Part shown: one piece after another, positions 60,036-64,000 of the stretch
How positions within the stretch are numbered: the stretch's first letter is position 1
Layout: each line of letters starts with the position of its first letter
Source: an uncultured delta proteobacterium
Lineage (GTDB): Bacteria > Myxococcota_A > Polyangia > Polyangiales > Houyiibacteriaceae
Assembly: GCA_963699755.1 (NCBI GenBank)
Contig: CAVOVB010000003.1
Location: forward strand, 448,001 to 512,000
Length of the DNA stretch: 64,000 nucleotides
Direction of reading: 5' to 3'
Position numbers and translations under genes: made by a program
The notes under the pieces: generated by a model
What the model saw: only the letters and a program-made list of their open reading frames with translations
Database searches by the model: none
What the model was told of the DNA's origin: nothing

Positions 60036-61295
60036 CTAGGCGAGCTCCGCCTCTTCCTTTTCGTAGACGATCAGCGGCTTCTCGCCGGAGACGATGACTT
60101 CCTCGCTGACGGCGACCTCGCGGATGTCTGCCTGGGAAGGGACTTCGTACATGATGTCGAGCATCGACTTCTCCATGATGGCGCGAAGGCCTCGAGCGCC
60201 GGCGTTTCTCTTCAGAGCCTCGCGTGCGACGGCATGGAGCGCACCCTGAGCGAACTTGAGCTTGACACCGTCCATCTCGAAGAGCTTCTGGTACTGCTTG
60301 ACCAGGGCGTTCTTGGGCTTGGTCAGGATGTCCACCAGCGCTTCTTCATTGAGCTCGTGCAAGGTAGCGATGACCGGCAAACGACCGATGAATTCGGGAA
60401 TCAGCCCTGCCCGCAGCAAGTCCTCGGGCTCGACGCGCTCCAGAAGCTCGCCGATTTTTTTGTCCTTGCGCGATGGAATGTCCGCGCCGAAGCCTAGCTT
60501 TCGCTCGCCGATGCGCCGCTCGATGACGTCGTCGAGGCCGACGAAGGCGCCACCGCAAATGAACAGGATGTTTCCCGTATCGATTTGGAGGAAGTCTTGT
60601 TGCGGGTGCTTACGTCCACCCTTTGGAGGCACGTTGGCGACAGTGCCTTCTATGATCTTCAACAGAGCTTGCTGCACGCCTTCGCCGCTGACGTCGCGGG
60701 TGATCGACGGATTGTCGCCCTTGCGTGCAATCTTGTCGATCTCATCGATGTACACGATGCCGCGCTGCGCGCGTTCGACGTCGTGGTCGGCGTTTTGCAG
60801 AAGCTGGACGATGATGTTCTCGACATCTTCCCCTACGTAGCCGGCTTCGGTCAGAGTCGTCGCGTCGGCAATCGCAAACGGCACGTTCAGAATCCGCGCG
60901 AGCGTCTGGGCGAGGAGGGTTTTGCCCGAACCGGTCGGACCAAGCAAAAGGATGTTGGACTTCTGAAGCTCGACATCATCGGAGTTGATTTTCGAATCGA
61001 TGCGCTTGTAGTGATTGTGGACCGCAACCGAGAGGATCTTCTTCGCGCGCTCTTGCCCAATGACATACTCATCGAGGATGTCTTTGATCTCGGCGGGCTT
61101 TGGAAGGGGCGTCGAGGTCGTGAGTGATTCCTCGCGCTCAACCTCCTCTGCGATGATGTCGTTACAGAGCCCGATGCATTCGTCACAAATGTAGACCGTC
61201 GGCCCCGCGATGAGCTTCTTCACTTCTTTCTGAGACTTCCCACAGAAGGAGCATTGAAGATTGCCGTGCCCATCATCTCGTCTGCGATCCACCAT
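60036..61295 (-). CDS. clpX: ATP-dependent Clp protease ATP-binding subunit
   Basis: CSFCGK zinc finger, [28 protein letters not shown]. Confidence 0.98.
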   Translation of the reverse strand: MVDRRRDDGHGNLQCSFCGKSQKEVKKLIAGPTVYICDECIGLCNDIIAEEVEREESLTTSTPLPKPAEIKDILDEYVIGQERAKKILSVAVHNHYKRIDSKINSDDVELQKSNILLLGPTGSGKTLLAQTLARILNVPFAIADATTLTEAGYVGEDVENIIVQLLQNADHDVERAQRGIVYIDEIDKIARKGDNPSITRDVSGEGVQQALLKIIEGTVANVPPKGGRKHPQQDFLQIDTGNILFICGGAFVGLDDVIERRIGERKLGFGADIPSRKDKKIGELLERVEPEDLLRAGLIPEFIGRLPVIATLHELNEEALVDILTKPKNALVKQYQKLFEMDGVKLKFAQGALHAVAREALKRNAGARGLRAIMEKSMLDIMYEVPSQADIREVAVSEEVIVSGEKPLIVYEKEEAELA

Positions 61296-61377
61296 ATACC
61301 TGCTTCGGAGAGTCTAGCCTCCTGCCTCTTTCACGGCAAGGACTAGACCGCGCGCGTTCGCAGTGTTTTCCGAGGTC

Positions 61378-61989
61378 TTAGACTTCGAGCTTCGGCTTGA
61401 TCACCTCGTCGATGAGCCCGTACTCTTTGGCCTCTTCGGCGGACAGATAGCGATCGCGTTCGGTGTCTTCCTTAATACGCTCGGTGGTCTGGCCTGTATG
61501 CTTGGCCAGGATCGTGTTCATTTGTTCACGAAGTTTCAGAATCTCTCGCGCATGGATTTCGATGTCGGTCGCCTGACCGCGAATCCCACCGAGCGGCTGA
61601 TGAATCATGATGCGGCTATTGGGTAGGCACTTGCGCAATCCAGTCGTGCCAGAGGCGAGAATCCAGGCAGCCATCGATGCGGCCTGGCCCAGGCAGACCG
61701 TCGAGACCGGTGATCGAACGTACTGCATCGTGTCGTAAATCGCGAGCCCCGCTGTAATCGAGCCACCGGGGCTGTTGATGTACAAGGTGATCTCCTTGTC
61801 GGGGTCGTCGCTCTCCAAGAAGAGCATTTGGGCGATGATCCCGTTGGCGACGTCGTCGTTGACCTCGGTCCCGAGAAAGATGATCCGATCCTTGAGCAGG
61901 CGGCTGAAGATGTCCCATTGGCGTTCGCCGCGATGTGTCGTCTCCACGACCCAAGGCATGTACATCTGTGCGGTCGTCGGCTCGCTCAT
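61378..61989 (-). CDS. clpP: Clp protease proteolytic subunit
   Basis: [37 protein letters not shown]. Confidence 0.97.
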   Translation of the reverse strand: MSEPTTAQMYMPWVVETTHRGERQWDIFSRLLKDRIIFLGTEVNDDVANGIIAQMLFLESDDPDKEITLYINSPGGSITAGLAIYDTMQYVRSPVSTVCLGQAASMAAWILASGTTGLRKCLPNSRIMIHQPLGGIRGQATDIEIHAREILKLREQMNTILAKHTGQTTERIKEDTERDRYLSAEEAKEYGLIDEVIKPKLEV

Positions 61990-63332
61990 TGCTCCTCCCC
62001 TTCGTCTTCTTCAGTCGGCTCGGCCTTTTCGATTTCAGGCGCGACTTCGGGCTCGGGTCGCTCCCCTTCGATGATTTTGGCACGCTTGGTGAGGAGCGCC
62101 ATCACCTTCTCTTCGAGGAGCTGGGATTCGAGCTGGTCGCGCTGGGCTTCTTGAAAGTCTGCGCGGACTTTGGCGATGTGCTTCCCGGTCCGCTCGGCGA
62201 TCTCCTCGAACTTCGCATCCAGGTCGGCCTCGGTGACCTCGATGCCTTCCTGACGGGCCAGCGACCCGAGCAGGATGCCCGCTTGCACGCGGCGGCGTGC
62301 ACGCTCTTCGATCCCCGAGAAAAAGTCCGCGCCTGGGGCGCCTTGCTGCCCAGCCATCTGCATGAACTGAGCCATTTCGTACATCATCATCTGCTGCTGC
62401 TGCTGCACCATCGACGGCGGAACCGGAATCTCGTTGTGTTCGATCAAGCTGTCGATGAGCTGGTCCTTGAGGCGGGCTTCGCTTTGCTGCTTGGCGTTGT
62501 TCTCGAGTCCCTCTCGAATCTTGAGGCGTAGCTCGAGCAGTGTTTCGTAGTCGCCGCAGTCTTTGGCGAACTCGTCATCGAGCTCGGGCAGGAGCTTTTC
62601 GTGAAGCTGCTTGGCCTTGATAGCGAACTGGGCGGTCTTGCCCCGGAGGTCCGGGTTTGGGTGGTCTTCCTCGAACGCGACGTCAATGGTCTTCTCTTGG
62701 TCGGGCAGCATTCCGACAAGCCCATCTTTGAGGGCAGGCAGAAGGTGCTCGTCGTTGATCTCGACCTGGCGGTCTTTTGCGCCGAGCTCGTCTTTCGTCT
62801 CGTCGTCGACCGAGACTGAATAGTCGATGGTGATCAGGTCGCCTTCCCTCGCCCCGCGCATCGGGTCGGGGGTTTGAATGGCCGCGTGCTGGTTGCGGAG
62901 CCCTTCTACTTCGGCGTCGATGTCTTGGTTCGGAATCTCGATCGGCGACCGCCAGGCTTCGAGCTCATCGATCGCGACCTTGTCGATCTTCGGTCGGACC
63001 TCGACCTTTGCCTTGAACGTGAGCGGCTTGCCCTTCTCGAGCTCCGGCGCCTCGTCCATCTGAGGCTGGGCCACGATGTGGAGCTCGTGCTCCTGTACCG
63101 CATGCATCAAACCCTGCTCGACCAAGGTGCCGGTCACCTGAGCAGCGGCCTCGCGGCCGTACATCTGCTTGAGCACATCCCTCGGCACCTTGCCCGGACG
63201 GAAGCCGCGAACGCGGGCGGTCTTGCCGATCTCTTTGTAGGTGTCATTGAGGTCCTTCTGGACGCGGTCCCACGGCACTTCGACCGTGACCTCCACAAGG
63301 ACGGGGCTGATCTCACGAATTTCAGATTGCAT
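61986..63332 (-). CDS. tig: Trigger factor
   Basis: GFRPGKVP ribosome-binding loop, [10 protein letters not shown]; canonical tig-clpP-clpX-lon order. Confidence 0.95.
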   Translation of the reverse strand: MQSEIREISPVLVEVTVEVPWDRVQKDLNDTYKEIGKTARVRGFRPGKVPRDVLKQMYGREAAAQVTGTLVEQGLMHAVQEHELHIVAQPQMDEAPELEKGKPLTFKAKVEVRPKIDKVAIDELEAWRSPIEIPNQDIDAEVEGLRNQHAAIQTPDPMRGAREGDLITIDYSVSVDDETKDELGAKDRQVEINDEHLLPALKDGLVGMLPDQEKTIDVAFEEDHPNPDLRGKTAQFAIKAKQLHEKLLPELDDEFAKDCGDYETLLELRLKIREGLENNAKQQSEARLKDQLIDSLIEHNEIPVPPSMVQQQQQMMMYEMAQFMQMAGQQGAPGADFFSGIEERARRRVQAGILLGSLARQEGIEVTEADLDAKFEEIAERTGKHIAKVRADFQEAQRDQLESQLLEEKVMALLTKRAKIIEGERPEPEVAPEIEKAEPTEEDEGEEQ

Positions 63333-63385
63333 TGGGTTTTTGGCGGCTAGACAGGCGCGGTTCGTACAGCCGCGGCGCAGAGCCG

Positions 63386-63835
63386 TCAAGGTGCAGGCGC
63401 AGAGGCGGCTTTCTCGCGGTGGAGCTCCACCAGCTCGATGCCGAGGGCCTGTGACACCTCGAATATGCGCTCGTCTCGGTAGAACTCTTCGAAGATGATC
63501 CGCTTGATCCCGACGTTGCAGATCGCCTTGAAGCAGTTCCAGCATGGGGACGCGGTGACGTAGATCGCGGCGCCGTCGATGCGAGAGCCGTTTTTGGCGG
63601 CCTGGATAATCGCGTTGACCTCCGCGTGGATGGTCCGCACACAGTGGCCGTCGACCATCATGTGGCCGACCTCATCGCAATGGGGCAGGCCACGGACCGA
63701 GCCGTTGTAGCCGGTGGAAAGGATTGTCTTGTCGCGGACGATGACCGAGCCGACGTGCTTGCGGGGGCAGGTCGAACGCCTGGCCACCACCACCGCGATA
63801 TCCATGAAGTATTCGTCCCAGGAGGCGCGTCCCAT
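63386..63835 (-). CDS. dCMP deaminase family protein (ComEB-like)
   Basis: WDEYFM, RSTC, STGYNG, HAEVNA, PCWNC. Confidence 0.92.
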   Translation of the reverse strand: MGRASWDEYFMDIAVVVARRSTCPRKHVGSVIVRDKTILSTGYNGSVRGLPHCDEVGHMMVDGHCVRTIHAEVNAIIQAAKNGSRIDGAAIYVTASPCWNCFKAICNVGIKRIIFEEFYRDERIFEVSQALGIELVELHREKAASAPAP

Positions 63836-64000
63836 CGGCCGTTCCTAGCTTGGGGCGTCCCGAGCGACAACCTCAATAGACGAGGCTCGGACGGGACTTT
63901 GGAGGTGCTGGCTCATCCCTAAGGGCGCGTGCGAAGGCGGCGAAGTCGGTCCGAACGGCCCGATGGAGACGGTGCGGCAAGCCTCTCACGATGAGGACGG

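Overview
High-GC window from what looks like a Myxococcota (Polyangiales-like) chromosome; the taxon is inferred from gene content (giant TPR protein, MXAN_2561/2562-like pair, Cys-rich lipoproteins). Both ends are housekeeping: TPR, class IV aminotransferase, truA, asd, TolC, Nudix and sulfite/nitrite reductase on the left; mpg, apaG, coaBC, glyA, trpE, tRNA-Asp, glycosyltransferases, an RND pump, tRNA-Val, lon, clpX, clpP and tig on the right. The notable part is a ~18.7 kb accessory array (15912-34690) starting at the 3' end of tRNA-Glu(CTC). Eight dispersed copies of a three-part junction divide it into 0.76-6 kb cassette-like units carrying lipoproteins, a toxin-antitoxin pair, a TetR module and enzymes. 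Each junction is (i) a ~80 bp left arm that encodes, on the minus strand and in the same register, a conserved 25-34 aa peptide (VTPxxxSWNxxxxFxxxWxxLR), (ii) the 10 bp tRNA-Glu 3' core TGGGGTCACC, and (iii) a terminator-like hairpin. Left and right arm types reassort exactly at the core, as expected for site-specific recombination. The only recombinase present is an N-terminally truncated tyrosine integrase beside the tRNA, and it is out of frame with the peptide. My reading, which is inference, is a tRNA-anchored, integron-like cassette array whose att sites retain split recombinase C-terminal tails.
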